Source of the DNA: a virus
Taxonomy: Duplodnaviria; Caudoviricetes
IMG/VR virus record: IMGVR_UViG_2574179762_000001
Coordinates: 1-64,000 of that record
Strand: one strand, 5' to 3'
DNA length: 64,000 bases
Made by a program: the position numbers and the translations under genes. Shown piece after piece: positions 29,841 through 39,089 of this stretch (its first letter is position 1; every line of letters starts with the position of its first letter). The notes under the pieces were generated by a model. It saw only the letters and a program-made list of their open reading frames with translations, was not told the origin of the DNA and did not search any database.

Positions 29841-30884
29841 TTACGAGATCGACAGCTCGACGATCGCGTCGGGGCGGGTGCAGAGGTGGATCGGGTTGGA
29901 CTGCGCCTCGACTTCCACACCCTTGTTGAAATCCAGCATCTCCTGCTTCGCGTAGTACGGCAGGCCCAGCGTGTTCACCGTCTCCATGTAGTCGGCGGGC
30001 ACGAACGTGGTGCTGAACAGTTCCGGCACGCCTTCCGGCACCATGTGGGCCTTGCCGTCGGCGATGTAGTCGGTGGAGCCGACCTTGCCGCGGTATTCCT
30101 CCCACACCACGCCAGCCCACATGAAGCCGCCGCTCGGAGCGCCGCCGCCGCCGCCTGCGCCGTTATTGGCGCCAGGGCCGCGCAAGTCCTGTTGCAGCAT
30201 CGCACGGTCCTGGAAGTTGTCGTACGCACGCTGCACGGCCGGATGGTCGACGAAGGCGTCGAAGAAGCTAGCCGAGCACAGCACGCGGATGCCGCTGTAC
30301 TCCAGGCCACCGAGTTTCTGTTCCATCGTGCGCTTCGCCCCGACGACCTTCGAACGCAGCTTCGTCGCATCGACGTTCAACGCGAGGGCTAGCGCAGTCT
30401 TGCTCAAGCCGAAGACCTGGAACAGGTCGAGCAGCAGCGAGCCGTCGGAATCGAGCACTTGGCCCTTGAGGGCGCCCATGCGCTGATACTCGATCGTGGC
30501 GTCGATATTACGGCGCAGTTTCGACAGGCGCTTGTTGACGATATTGGTCACCAATTCCTCGTCCGTCTCGCTGCCGAACGCGCGAACGTTCTGCACCTCA
30601 TCGGCGTTGATGGTGGCGCGCTGGGGCAGGTGGACCGACGGCACCGCAACCAGTTGGCGCTTGTCGGCACCGACCGGCTTGGCGGGGGCTCCGCGCGAAC
30701 CTGCGGCTACCAGGCTGATGTTCGTGCCTTGACGCTCGATCATCATGGAGGTGGTCGAGACGCCTTCCTCAGCGAACCAGCCCAGTTGGGCAAGGCGCTT
30801 CGGCTGGAAAGGCACGTCGTTGATGGCCTTGGTCAGCGAGACGACGCCGAAAGCGTCGCCTTGGAAAATATCGAGTGCCGGCAT
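29841..30884 (-). CDS. major capsid protein (lambda E family)
   Basis: TIEYQRMGALKG, QSNPIHLCTRP. Confidence 0.92.
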   Translation of the reverse strand: MPALDIFQGDAFGVVSLTKAINDVPFQPKRLAQLGWFAEEGVSTTSMMIERQGTNISLVAAGSRGAPAKPVGADKRQLVAVPSVHLPQRATINADEVQNVRAFGSETDEELVTNIVNKRLSKLRRNIDATIEYQRMGALKGQVLDSDGSLLLDLFQVFGLSKTALALALNVDATKLRSKVVGAKRTMEQKLGGLEYSGIRVLCSASFFDAFVDHPAVQRAYDNFQDRAMLQQDLRGPGANNGAGGGGGAPSGGFMWAGVVWEEYRGKVGSTDYIADGKAHMVPEGVPELFSTTFVPADYMETVNTLGLPYYAKQEMLDFNKGVEVEAQSNPIHLCTRPDAIVELSIS

Positions 30885-30917
30885 TTGCAGATCTCCTGTG
30901 GTGTGGTGGGGTTCCGC

Positions 30918-31271
30918 TTAGTCGCGGACGACGATGCCGGCCGTTGCCAGATCTGCGCGGGCCGGGGCATCCAGGCCGACCAGCGCGTACGATGCGACCT
31001 CCGAAGCGCGGACGATCACGGTAACCTCCTGATCGACGGTCAGGTCCGGTGCCGGTGCGTAGAGGATCGCCGCGGCAACGTGCGAGCCGTCGGTCGCGCC
31101 GTCGGCGTAGGGGACATACTTGCCCGTTGCGGTCACCTTGCCGAGCAGTTGCCCGGACGACAGAGCGCCGGCGCTGGCGGCGAGGGTGACTTGTTCACGG
31201 CTGTACGAGCCCTCGGCTTCCGAGAGCAGGAATTCCGCCGTGTGCAAGCCTTCGGTGAAGATTTGAGGCAT
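30918..31271 (-). CDS. head decoration protein (lambda D-like)
   Basis: EFLLSEAEG.YSRE, GQLLGKVTATGKY. Confidence 0.85.
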   Translation of the reverse strand: MPQIFTEGLHTAEFLLSEAEGSYSREQVTLAASAGALSSGQLLGKVTATGKYVPYADGATDGSHVAAAILYAPAPDLTVDQEVTVIVRASEVASYALVGLDAPARADLATAGIVVRD

Positions 31272-31274
31272 GAC

Positions 31275-32309
31275 TTAAGCTCCTTGTTTGGCTTTTTGGC
31301 GCGCAGCCCAAATACTGGTGGACGAAACCGCCTTGGACTGCGCATCATTGGCGGTCGAACCTTTAACCGGCGGGGTCGTGTCGATCGGCTTGGTCTCGGA
31401 CTTCGCGGCCAGGCGGGCGCATAGCGTCTCGCGCACCTTCTCGATCGAGGTGTTGGCACGAATGAACGCAGCGGCATCCTCGGGGCGCTTGGCGACGGCG
31501 CACAGCGCGCGGATCTCGCTGGCGTTGGCGATCATCGGGCGCACGTCCTCGATGGCAGTGACCTGCAGCGCCCAGTGCGCGGCGAAGTCAGCCAGGCCAG
31601 CCTCGGTCGCCAGCGCGAGCACCTGATCGGCCAGCGCGACGGGCGCAGCGGCAGCAGCGGCGGCAGCGGCTTCGGCAGCAGCGGCTTCAGCGGCGGCAGG
31701 GTCTGCGGCTGCCTTGAACAACGCCTGCACGTTCTGCGGCAGGCGGTCGAAGTCGTACACGGCTGCGGCCACCTTCAGAGCCGGCTCCATCTCGTCGGCA
31801 AAGCCCTGAGCGACGGCATCTGCGGCGCTCAGCCACGTTTCGGCGGCGAGCAGTGCCTTGACTTCGTCTTCGGTGCGGCCCGTGCGCGCGACGTAGGTGC
31901 CAATGAGCGAGGCGCCGATCTTGTCGAGCACGTCGGCCATGTCGCGCATCTCATCAGCGTTGCCATAGATGCCGTTCATGGGGTTATGCACCATCATGAA
32001 GGCGTTTTCCGGCATGATGATCTTGTCACCAGCCATCGCCAGCAGGCTCGCCGCGCTGGCGGCCACACCCAGCACCTTCACGGTGATCTCAGCGCCGGTA
32101 GCTCGCAGCGCGTTGTACATCGCCAAGGCGTCGAATACCGAGCCGCCCGGGCTGTTGATGTCCATGTCGATCTTTTTGACCGTGCCAAGCGCCTTCAGCT
32201 CGTCGATGAACATTTTGGCCGTGACGCCCCACGCGCCGATCTCGTCAAACACCGAGATTTGAGCGGGCTGGCTGTCGGCCTTTGCGATGATCTTGTACCA
32301 GTCTCTCAT
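31275..32309 (-). CDS. ClpP-type head maturation protease with scaffold tail
   Basis: INSPGGSV, AASAAS, MVHNP, ETWLSA. Confidence 0.92.
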   Translation of the reverse strand: MRDWYKIIAKADSQPAQISVFDEIGAWGVTAKMFIDELKALGTVKKIDMDINSPGGSVFDALAMYNALRATGAEITVKVLGVAASAASLLAMAGDKIIMPENAFMMVHNPMNGIYGNADEMRDMADVLDKIGASLIGTYVARTGRTEDEVKALLAAETWLSAADAVAQGFADEMEPALKVAAAVYDFDRLPQNVQALFKAAADPAAAEAAAAEAAAAAAAAAPVALADQVLALATEAGLADFAAHWALQVTAIEDVRPMIANASEIRALCAVAKRPEDAAAFIRANTSIEKVRETLCARLAAKSETKPIDTTPPVKGSTANDAQSKAVSSTSIWAARQKAKQGA

Positions 32310-32358
32310 GGCAGTCCTTTTTGATGTTGCGGATTCTCGGCATCCGCAAGCAATCACG

Positions 32359-32375
32359 CCTGCGGTTAGATTTCG
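32359..32375 (-). promoter_or_regulatory. putative late-promoter activator site (protease/capsid)
   Basis: CCTGCGG-TTA-GATTTCG; GAGAAT 20 nt downstream. Confidence 0.65.
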
Positions 32376-32377
32376 GG

Positions 32378-32575
32378 TCAGTCCTCACCGCCCTTTTCAG
32401 GCGCGACCTTGCGCCGCAACTTGTCCCGGATGAAGACATACAACTGCAGGCACGAGAGGATGAACGTCACCCACAGCAGCGCGGCAGGCAGTGCATTCGT
32501 GATGATCTGAGTGACGCCGACGACGGCAGCTGCACCGGCTTTGCACAGGTCCGTGAGAAGTTCGGTCAGTGTCAT
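32378..32575 (-). CDS. small membrane protein, holin-like
   Basis: 65 aa, hydrophobic core and basic C-tail; ATGA-coupled to portal. Confidence 0.55.
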   Translation of the reverse strand: MTLTELLTDLCKAGAAAVVGVTQIITNALPAALLWVTFILSCLQLYVFIRDKLRRKVAPEKGGED

Positions 32576-34065
32576 TTTTTCGCCTTGTTGGAGTCGGGGT
32601 ATTCGCTTGGTGCATTGCCGTCTGGTGCTCCATTGGCGGGCAGCGGGGCCGTTGGCAGGCCGAGCTCTTCTTCCCGCTTCTTATCGGCCGCACGCTCGTC
32701 GTCCACCTGCTCGGGGTCGTCGCCGCGCTCGGAGATGACACTGGAGCGCGACCGGAAGCCCGCGGTGACTTCCATCTGCTTGCCCTGCACGTCTTGAACG
32801 GGATGGATGTATTGCCAGCCGTGTGGGGCCCATTCGACTGCCTTGGCGTCCTCGGCAACGGACGTCGGCAACGCGCCGACGAGCACAGCCTGGTCAACCC
32901 AAGCGTCGCGAACCCGCTGGCAGAACATGGGAATGAGCACATGCCACTGCCGCTGCTCGACAAAGCGGCGGAATTCCTGGATGACGACGCGCAGCGTCCG
33001 GTCAGACACGTTGATGATGTCGCCCGACAGCAGCTCATACGGCACGCCCTGCCCTGCCGCAGTTGCAAGGTGCTGCGTGCGCATATAGTCCGCGTAGGTC
33101 GTACCGGCCTCGGGCGGGTCGCTGAACACCGCCTTCTCGCCTGGCAGAAGCTCCTGCGAGATCCCGGGCTGCAAGGCCGCGACCGGCGTGCCGTCCGTCT
33201 CATAGTTGATCGCCTCGCCCGTGAGCGGGTCGATGCCATCAGGACTCGTGGGCACCTGCTTTTCGATGAACACCGTGAACAGGTTGGCGAGCTTCTGGCG
33301 TTCGAGTACTGCGTCGTCGAAGTCAGCAACGTTCCGCAGACGTGCCAGGACAGACGCGAACTCAGGAACACCGCGGAGCTGGCCGGGGCGCTTCGGCTCG
33401 AAAACGTGCAGGATCTCGTCGGCCGGCACGCGGATCAGTTGCGACTTGTCGATGTTCCCGGCAACAAAGTCGGTCGGGTGAGCTTTGTAGAGCCAGTAGG
33501 CGACGCGGGCGCCCAGGCGATCCAGTTCGATGCCCTGGCGGATCTTGTTGCCCGTCGGCAGACCCGGCCACGAGTCAGTGTCGAATTGCGGGCAGTAGTC
33601 CGACTCGATGACCTGAACCTGGAACGGCACCTCCATCGATCCTTTGCGGCGCCACCGCTTGCGCCCGAACACCTCGCCCGACTCGACCCACGAGCGTGTG
33701 ACCAGCGCCTCCTGCGCATAGAAGTTCAGCACACAGTCGGCATCGGACTGTGCCACCCACCTATCCCATAGGCCGGTAACCATCTCCTTGAGTGCGTTGT
33801 CCTTGATGCGCTTGGCGCGTGGCACGATGCCGGTGCCGACCAGGTTTGTCACCCACCGCTGACCGCCGGCGCTGGCTGTCCAGTCGTTGCGCGCGGCGTC
33901 GCGCGCTCGGTCGCGTACCTTCGGTGCCGAGGTGATTGCCCGATTGGGGCCAGAAGACGGCGGGCGCCACCCGCGCATGCGACGTCCGTTTCCGCCTGCG
34001 TCGTACTGAGCGACGATCGACGAGATAGCGCGGGAAACGCCGTTGCGGAATCGATCAAACATCAC
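32572..34065 (-). CDS. portal protein (lambda family)
   Basis: RDRARD..RND, RQGIE.D..G..VAYW, RPGQLRGVP. Confidence 0.93.
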   Translation of the reverse strand: MMFDRFRNGVSRAISSIVAQYDAGGNGRRMRGWRPPSSGPNRAITSAPKVRDRARDAARNDWTASAGGQRWVTNLVGTGIVPRAKRIKDNALKEMVTGLWDRWVAQSDADCVLNFYAQEALVTRSWVESGEVFGRKRWRRKGSMEVPFQVQVIESDYCPQFDTDSWPGLPTGNKIRQGIELDRLGARVAYWLYKAHPTDFVAGNIDKSQLIRVPADEILHVFEPKRPGQLRGVPEFASVLARLRNVADFDDAVLERQKLANLFTVFIEKQVPTSPDGIDPLTGEAINYETDGTPVAALQPGISQELLPGEKAVFSDPPEAGTTYADYMRTQHLATAAGQGVPYELLSGDIINVSDRTLRVVIQEFRRFVEQRQWHVLIPMFCQRVRDAWVDQAVLVGALPTSVAEDAKAVEWAPHGWQYIHPVQDVQGKQMEVTAGFRSRSSVISERGDDPEQVDDERAADKKREEELGLPTAPLPANGAPDGNAPSEYPDSNKAKK

Positions 34066-34274
34066 TTGTACCCCCGGCCGCCGTAGTACATCTGCGTACG
34101 TCGGCGCGGCGGCGTGGGCGTCTGCTCAACCAGCTGCCGCCGCATGTCGTCGCGTGCCTGGATAAGTTCGCCGATCGAGGCGTAGGTGATGCTCTGACTG
34201 CCGAGCGTCACCCGGCGCTCGCCTGCGGCGATGGCCTTGTTCAGCACGTCGATTTCGGATTGGGTGACCGGCAT
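34062..34274 (-). CDS. gpW-like head-tail joining protein
   Basis: AIAAGERRV...ITYAS..EL. Confidence 0.8.
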   Translation of the reverse strand: MPVTQSEIDVLNKAIAAGERRVTLGSQSITYASIGELIQARDDMRRQLVEQTPTPPRRRTQMYYGGRGYK

Positions 34275-34327
34275 GGGGTGACCTTGGATGGATGCACGCC
34301 GATTCTCGGCGGCACACCATCCATGCG

Positions 34328-34344
34328 CCTGCGGTCAGATTTCG
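34328..34344 (-). promoter_or_regulatory. putative late-promoter activator site (gpW/portal)
   Basis: CCTGCGG-TCA-GATTTCG; GAGAAT 20 nt downstream. Confidence 0.65.
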
Positions 34345-34346
34345 TC

Positions 34347-36479
34347 TCACCCCATGTACGGCGAACGTGAGACGCGGCGACGCCGAGGCTGTTGCGCCGG
34401 GGCTGGAGCGACGGCCGGCGCGATAGGGGTGTTTTCCTGCATCTCCCGCCGATCTTCCCGGGTAATCAGATCGCTGTTCTCGGCCAACGGCCGTGCCCAC
34501 GGCGGGGCCTTGTCCCAATCCTTTAGCTTGTCGAGCGACAGGCGAAGGCAGCCGGCGCGGATGTAGCCGGCCAGGTCGAACGCCTCATTCCGCTTGCGCA
34601 CCTGCTTCCAAACCCCATTCGGCAGACGCACTTCCGACCGGAACATCTCATCGTAGAAGGCCGGCGACAGCCAGCTCGGCAGGTGGATGTATCCGGCGCC
34701 CGCTTTCTGCCGCTTCAAACCGGTGGAAACCGCGTCTTTCAGTAGGTTCGGGTTCAGCATGTAGAGCGGGATGTCCCCCTCTTTCCCCTTCTTCCCGCCC
34801 ACCAGCGACTCGCGGATGATGGGCGCAGTCTTGGTGGAGGCGCCCTTCACGAGCATGACTCGGGAGGCGTAACCCTGAATGCGGATGCGACGGTACCAAT
34901 CGTAGGCCTTGTCCGTAACGCCGTCCTCGCCGCCAGAGTCGACGATGGCGAGCTTGATCTGGAGTTCCTTGCCCTCGATGCTCGTGCGGTACGTCGCGCG
35001 CACGACCCGCTCTGTGAGCAGATCCCAGTCTTCGGCATAGGAAGCGGGGTCGATTGGCGCGAACTCCTCCCCCACGCCCGGCCTCGCGGACTCTGTGATG
35101 GAGTAGCGGTCGATCAGCCATTGCTCCATGTGAGGGCCGATAGCGTGCGCCTGCACCACGAACCGGGCATTTGCGCCACCCTGGACGTCGACCGACGCCA
35201 TCACGCAGCGTGCCTCGTCGGGGATGACATACCGCTGCAAGTCGTCTTCCTTGCGACTGGACGGGTCCGCGCTGTTTCGAGCGGCTTCGGCCAGCAGTCG
35301 GGACATATAAGGCATGCCCTGGTCGACGTTCACTGTGTTCTTCAGCGGTTCCTCGTCGCCGCTTAGCTCATACTGGCGCAGCGCCGTGAAGTAGCGCAGC
35401 AGCAGGGATTTCCAGGACTGGAACGCCGCAGCCACCCCTCCGACCCAGTAGCCCGCTGTTGGGGCGACGACCGCCTCGCCAACAGGATCGTCGTCGATAG
35501 TCAGGCGCACCCCTTCGGGTAGCCAAAGCCCGCAACGATTCAGCATGGGCTTCAGTTTCGGCGCGTGCATGGCACCGCAGTGCGAGCAAATGATGCGGTT
35601 GTACTGGTCTGCCAGCAGGTCCAGACTGTCTTCCCGCACCATCTGCCCGAGTTGGTCGAGCGGCGGCAGATGGAACAAACCCATGCCGGGCTCGGCCTCG
35701 AACCACTCACGGCAGTCGGGGCATTTCCAGTACCAGCGGCGGCGGTCGGAACCGTTGTAGAGGCCGAGAATGCCGTTCGTTGGAGGGGCCTCGTGCGGCG
35801 TGGCCGGCTGCCAGTTGGGGTCGGTGAGATCCCGGCCCGGGGACGACTCGGCCAGCGCCATGCCGCGGGACATGAACGTGGTCGTCCGCTTCAGCCCTAG
35901 CGGAAACGGCGCGCCTTCCCCACCGATGTCGTCCGGCATGCGGTCGAGATCGGTGAAGGCCACGTATCGGTAGGTTGAGCCCGACAAGTTTGAGACGGTC
36001 GGCCAGCCAATCTTCAGCCACATGCCGTGCTTGAACTGCTTGTCATGCACGGTGTCGTCCTGGCTCGCCCCGGACTTCATCTCGGCCAGGCTGGGCGAAT
36101 GCCGCAGCGCCCGGTCAATATCCGTCTTACTGAACTCGCGGGCCTTGTCCTGTGACATCTGCACGAACAGCATATCGCCCGGGTCGTTGACGACTGCATG
36201 CGCCATCCATCCCAGCAGCAGAGCCGCGGTCTTCCCGGTCCGCGCAGGTCCAACAAACGCCAGGGCTTCGTGACGCCGGCTGGCGAGCATGTTCATCGGC
36301 TCGACCATGTACGGCGTCTCGTCGGGCGACCAGGGTGTCGCCGGGCCGCCGGTCTGCTTGATGATCAGGTTCTGCGCCGCGCCCTCGCTCACCGACACCC
36401 GCTTCGGCGGCCGGAAGGCGGCATAGGGGCTGATGACATCGGCTAGCGCCACGTCGTAGTGTTGGAAGTCGTCAAGCAT
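34347..36479 (-). CDS. terminase large subunit (GpA family)
   Basis: TPYMVEPM, GPARTGKT Walker A, CPDC/CSHC, VDVQ, RNEAFD. Confidence 0.93.
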   Translation of the reverse strand: MLDDFQHYDVALADVISPYAAFRPPKRVSVSEGAAQNLIIKQTGGPATPWSPDETPYMVEPMNMLASRRHEALAFVGPARTGKTAALLLGWMAHAVVNDPGDMLFVQMSQDKAREFSKTDIDRALRHSPSLAEMKSGASQDDTVHDKQFKHGMWLKIGWPTVSNLSGSTYRYVAFTDLDRMPDDIGGEGAPFPLGLKRTTTFMSRGMALAESSPGRDLTDPNWQPATPHEAPPTNGILGLYNGSDRRRWYWKCPDCREWFEAEPGMGLFHLPPLDQLGQMVREDSLDLLADQYNRIICSHCGAMHAPKLKPMLNRCGLWLPEGVRLTIDDDPVGEAVVAPTAGYWVGGVAAAFQSWKSLLLRYFTALRQYELSGDEEPLKNTVNVDQGMPYMSRLLAEAARNSADPSSRKEDDLQRYVIPDEARCVMASVDVQGGANARFVVQAHAIGPHMEQWLIDRYSITESARPGVGEEFAPIDPASYAEDWDLLTERVVRATYRTSIEGKELQIKLAIVDSGGEDGVTDKAYDWYRRIRIQGYASRVMLVKGASTKTAPIIRESLVGGKKGKEGDIPLYMLNPNLLKDAVSTGLKRQKAGAGYIHLPSWLSPAFYDEMFRSEVRLPNGVWKQVRKRNEAFDLAGYIRAGCLRLSLDKLKDWDKAPPWARPLAENSDLITREDRREMQENTPIAPAVAPAPAQQPRRRRVSRSPYMG

Positions 36480-36861
36480 CGTTGGACTCCATCCGCTCAA
36501 AGACGGCAGCCAGCTCGCCAAGCGCCTCATCAATCTGTCGCCCCACTTCCTCCGCGACTTCCGGCGCCAGAGCGAGGCGGCGCTCGAGGTGATCGGGCAG
36601 CGAGCGCAGAGTCTGGGCAATGGTGGCGTAAGCGGTCGCGGTCGCCTGAATGACCGCAGATCTCGCGACGTATTCGCCACTCTTGATCTTGAACTCCAGC
36701 TCGTTCAGGTCGGCCTTTGCCGATTCGTTACGCGCCCTGGCTTCCTCGAAGTCTTCGATAGCCTCCGGCTTCACGTATTCTTTCGGCTTCCGGCCAGCGC
36801 CAGGGCGGGCGCCCCCGTGGCCATTACCCTTGGCGGCACGGGGCTGCATCGTCTCGCTCAT
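36472..36861 (-). CDS. terminase small subunit (DUF1441-like)
   Basis: HGGARPGAGRKP; upstream of TerL. Confidence 0.75.
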   Translation of the reverse strand: MSETMQPRAAKGNGHGGARPGAGRKPKEYVKPEAIEDFEEARARNESAKADLNELEFKIKSGEYVARSAVIQATATAYATIAQTLRSLPDHLERRLALAPEVAEEVGRQIDEALGELAAVFERMESNDA

Positions 36862-37112
36862 TAGCTCCCGCCCCCTGCGCCAGTGCCGTCAGCCGGGGAA
36901 ACGCTGGCCACAGGACCGGTCAGCCAGGCATGCAACTCGGTCGCGCGCACGAAGGCAAGGCCGCGTTCGCCCAGCTTTACCAGATTGACGGGAATGTCTC
37001 CCCGCTTGATCGACGCCTCCAGCAGGTCAACGGAAATGCCGACCACGGCTGCGGCTGCGGCGAGCCGGTAGAGGCCAGGTGGCGCGGACGGCGCGACTTG
37101 ATTAATTTCCAT
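36861..37112 (-). CDS. small HTH/excisionase-fold DNA-binding protein
   Basis: LY.L.AAA..VGIS..LL...I..GDIP pattern. Confidence 0.55.
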   Translation of the reverse strand: MEINQVAPSAPPGLYRLAAAAAVVGISVDLLEASIKRGDIPVNLVKLGERGLAFVRATELHAWLTGPVASVSPADGTGAGGGS

Positions 37113-37145
37113 GCCCGCATGGTGCGATTTTCAGTGCTGGGGCGT

Positions 37146-37162
37146 CCTGCGGCTGGATTTCG
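37146..37162 (-). promoter_or_regulatory. putative late-promoter activator site (terminase operon)
   Basis: CCTGCGG-CTG-GATTTCG. Confidence 0.65.
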
Positions 37163-37502
37163 GGGGCTAGAGAGAATGTTTCGGGGCTGCGGCGCCCGTT
37201 TCACGGTTAAGCCATGGGAATTGCTGCCCGAATCAAGTTTGAAAACCCGAAAAACCCCCGCAGGCCGCGGCTCTTTGGCCCCGCACGTAGCATTTCCCCT
37301 ATAGGGACCCCAGCGATTGGCCGTGCCCTGGTTCAAAATAGCCGCCCGAAGAGCTAACAGGGGCCGATGTCTGAGGCGGGGCGACGGCACCCCAGATTTC
37401 TGGCGGCAGCAGACTGGCTACCTCAGTAGCGGTTGCGCGTGCTCGACACACGCTTGACCGAAGTGGGTGGTAACGACCGACGGCTTACAGCCGACCCTTC
37501 CA

Positions 37503-37671
37503 GACCGATTCTGTTGAAAAACTCGATCCGCCCCTTCAGAAGGCCAGACCTGTCAAAACTTGACCTCTCAGATCGGCCTGTATTGAATGATCGTTGATCG
37601 GTTGAGGGGGTTGGGTACCCCCGAAATCCCGTCGGAAACCGATTCTGTCGAGTTTCTCAACAGAATCGGTC
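37503..37671. mobile_element. 169-bp MITE-like element
   Basis: 24-bp terminal inverted repeats GACCGATTCTGTTGA(A/G)AAACTCGA with 1 mismatch; no ORF. Confidence 0.65.
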
Positions 37672-37889
37672 ATTTCCGGTCATTCGAATTTCAACCATAA
37701 TGAACGCTACCGAACTGGCTTCCGCGGATGTCGCTCCAGACGCGCCCTGCGCAGACGTGAGGCAAGGTCCTGTCGCCCAGCAGTGAGGCGAGTTCCCAGT
37801 GATTGCCGCAAGAATCAAGTCTTTCATTCCGCGCGACAGCGGCAGCATCGGATTCCAAGGGCCGACTGGCGTTCCGTTATCTTCCATGC

Positions 37890-39089
37890 TCATGAGCATT
37901 TAAGGGTAACTAAGAAGCAAGCATTGTTCGCGTTAATATGCTGCCCACTCCCCACGAAATTATTCAGATTTGTGGGCTGAAAGAGATACGATCCAACCAG
38001 AGGAAATAAAAAAGGAGTTGTCGGATTGACGTGCACTGGAAAATTTCGAACTTGGCCATCTGGATCAGTTTTTTGGCAGGCCCAGTCAGCATAGCCACCA
38101 CCAGTAAAACATTCGACAGTCCTAATAGATGTCACAATTATCGATGAGCTGTTAGTGAATTTAGGAATATCAAGAGACCAAATGAAATTCGTTTCGCTTG
38201 AGCCCGTGGCACTTAGCAGTCGCGTACTGCCGGTATCAACTCGGTGGATGTGCACGCTGTCTTTAGACGTGCAATCCGCGTTGTCCACGACGCTTAAAGT
38301 GTAATCTACATCTGGCGGGGCGGGGGATGCAGTTACACCTGCAAGCACGGGTGGATTTTTCCCAAGAAAACCTGTGATATTTTGGAGGCCGGGAGCACTA
38401 ATCTCTGCCGAAACTGCACTTTGCTGATTATCGATAACCCAATATAGCGCAAACTGATCTTTTGGACAGACCCAAGCTTCTTTCGGCATGTAATAGCGTG
38501 CCTGCTCCCGCTCGCCTGCTGTAATATCGGCTAAAGTGACATACAAGTGAGCAGTCGCGGAGCAACTGTGTTTGCTATTATGCCCCGAGGCCATCGGTTC
38601 CGCGAGTATTCCTGCAGGAAGGTTCGATCGCAGCGTGAAAGGATCCCCGTGGGCTTCAACGAGACGCCCCTCCTTCATGCTTAACTGCCCTCGCTCGATG
38701 ATTGAAACTCTAATCGGGCGGGTAATGCCGAGTCGGGCCATTTGATGAATTCGCGCTGGGTGCAGCGTAAACGCGAATGTCAGGTGAAACTCCTCCGTCT
38801 CCCGATTCAAAATACCGGTGCAGGCGGGCAAATCGAAGTCCTCCCTGGTCGTTACCAGATCTTTAACCTCAACCACACTTCCTTGTGGCAGCGCGATCTG
38901 AAACGGGTCCCATTGCAAATCTACATCTGCCAAACGGATGGGGGTCAGGGGAGAATGTAAGGTAGGCTCAAACAGAATCGTTATTGTGCCGCAACCCTTT
39001 AGGTCAAGTTTGCCGCCACCGAGTCTCTGCCCAAGCTGAAGATGTGGGGTTGAACAAATAGAAAGTTTGCTAGTGAACGTTAGCGGCAT
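37890..39089 (-). CDS. hypothetical moron protein (399 aa, beta- and Cys-rich)
   Basis: Long AT-richer ORF with GGAGA RBS; family not recognised. Confidence 0.7.
   Translation of the reverse strand: MPLTFTSKLSICSTPHLQLGQRLGGGKLDLKGCGTITILFEPTLHSPLTPIRLADVDLQWDPFQIALPQGSVVEVKDLVTTREDFDLPACTGILNRETEEFHLTFAFTLHPARIHQMARLGITRPIRVSIIERGQLSMKEGRLVEAHGDPFTLRSNLPAGILAEPMASGHNSKHSCSATAHLYVTLADITAGEREQARYYMPKEAWVCPKDQFALYWVIDNQQSAVSAEISAPGLQNITGFLGKNPPVLAGVTASPAPPDVDYTLSVVDNADCTSKDSVHIHRVDTGSTRLLSATGSSETNFIWSLDIPKFTNSSSIIVTSIRTVECFTGGGYADWACQKTDPDGQVRNFPVHVNPTTPFLFPLVGSYLFQPTNLNNFVGSGQHINANNACFLVTLKCS

Noticed and set aside
20037-33771. Long plus-strand ORFs opposite structural genes (e.g. 20037-21200, 23636-24631, 32569-33771)
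   Set aside because: Antisense shadows expected in high-GC coding DNA; no recognisable motifs.
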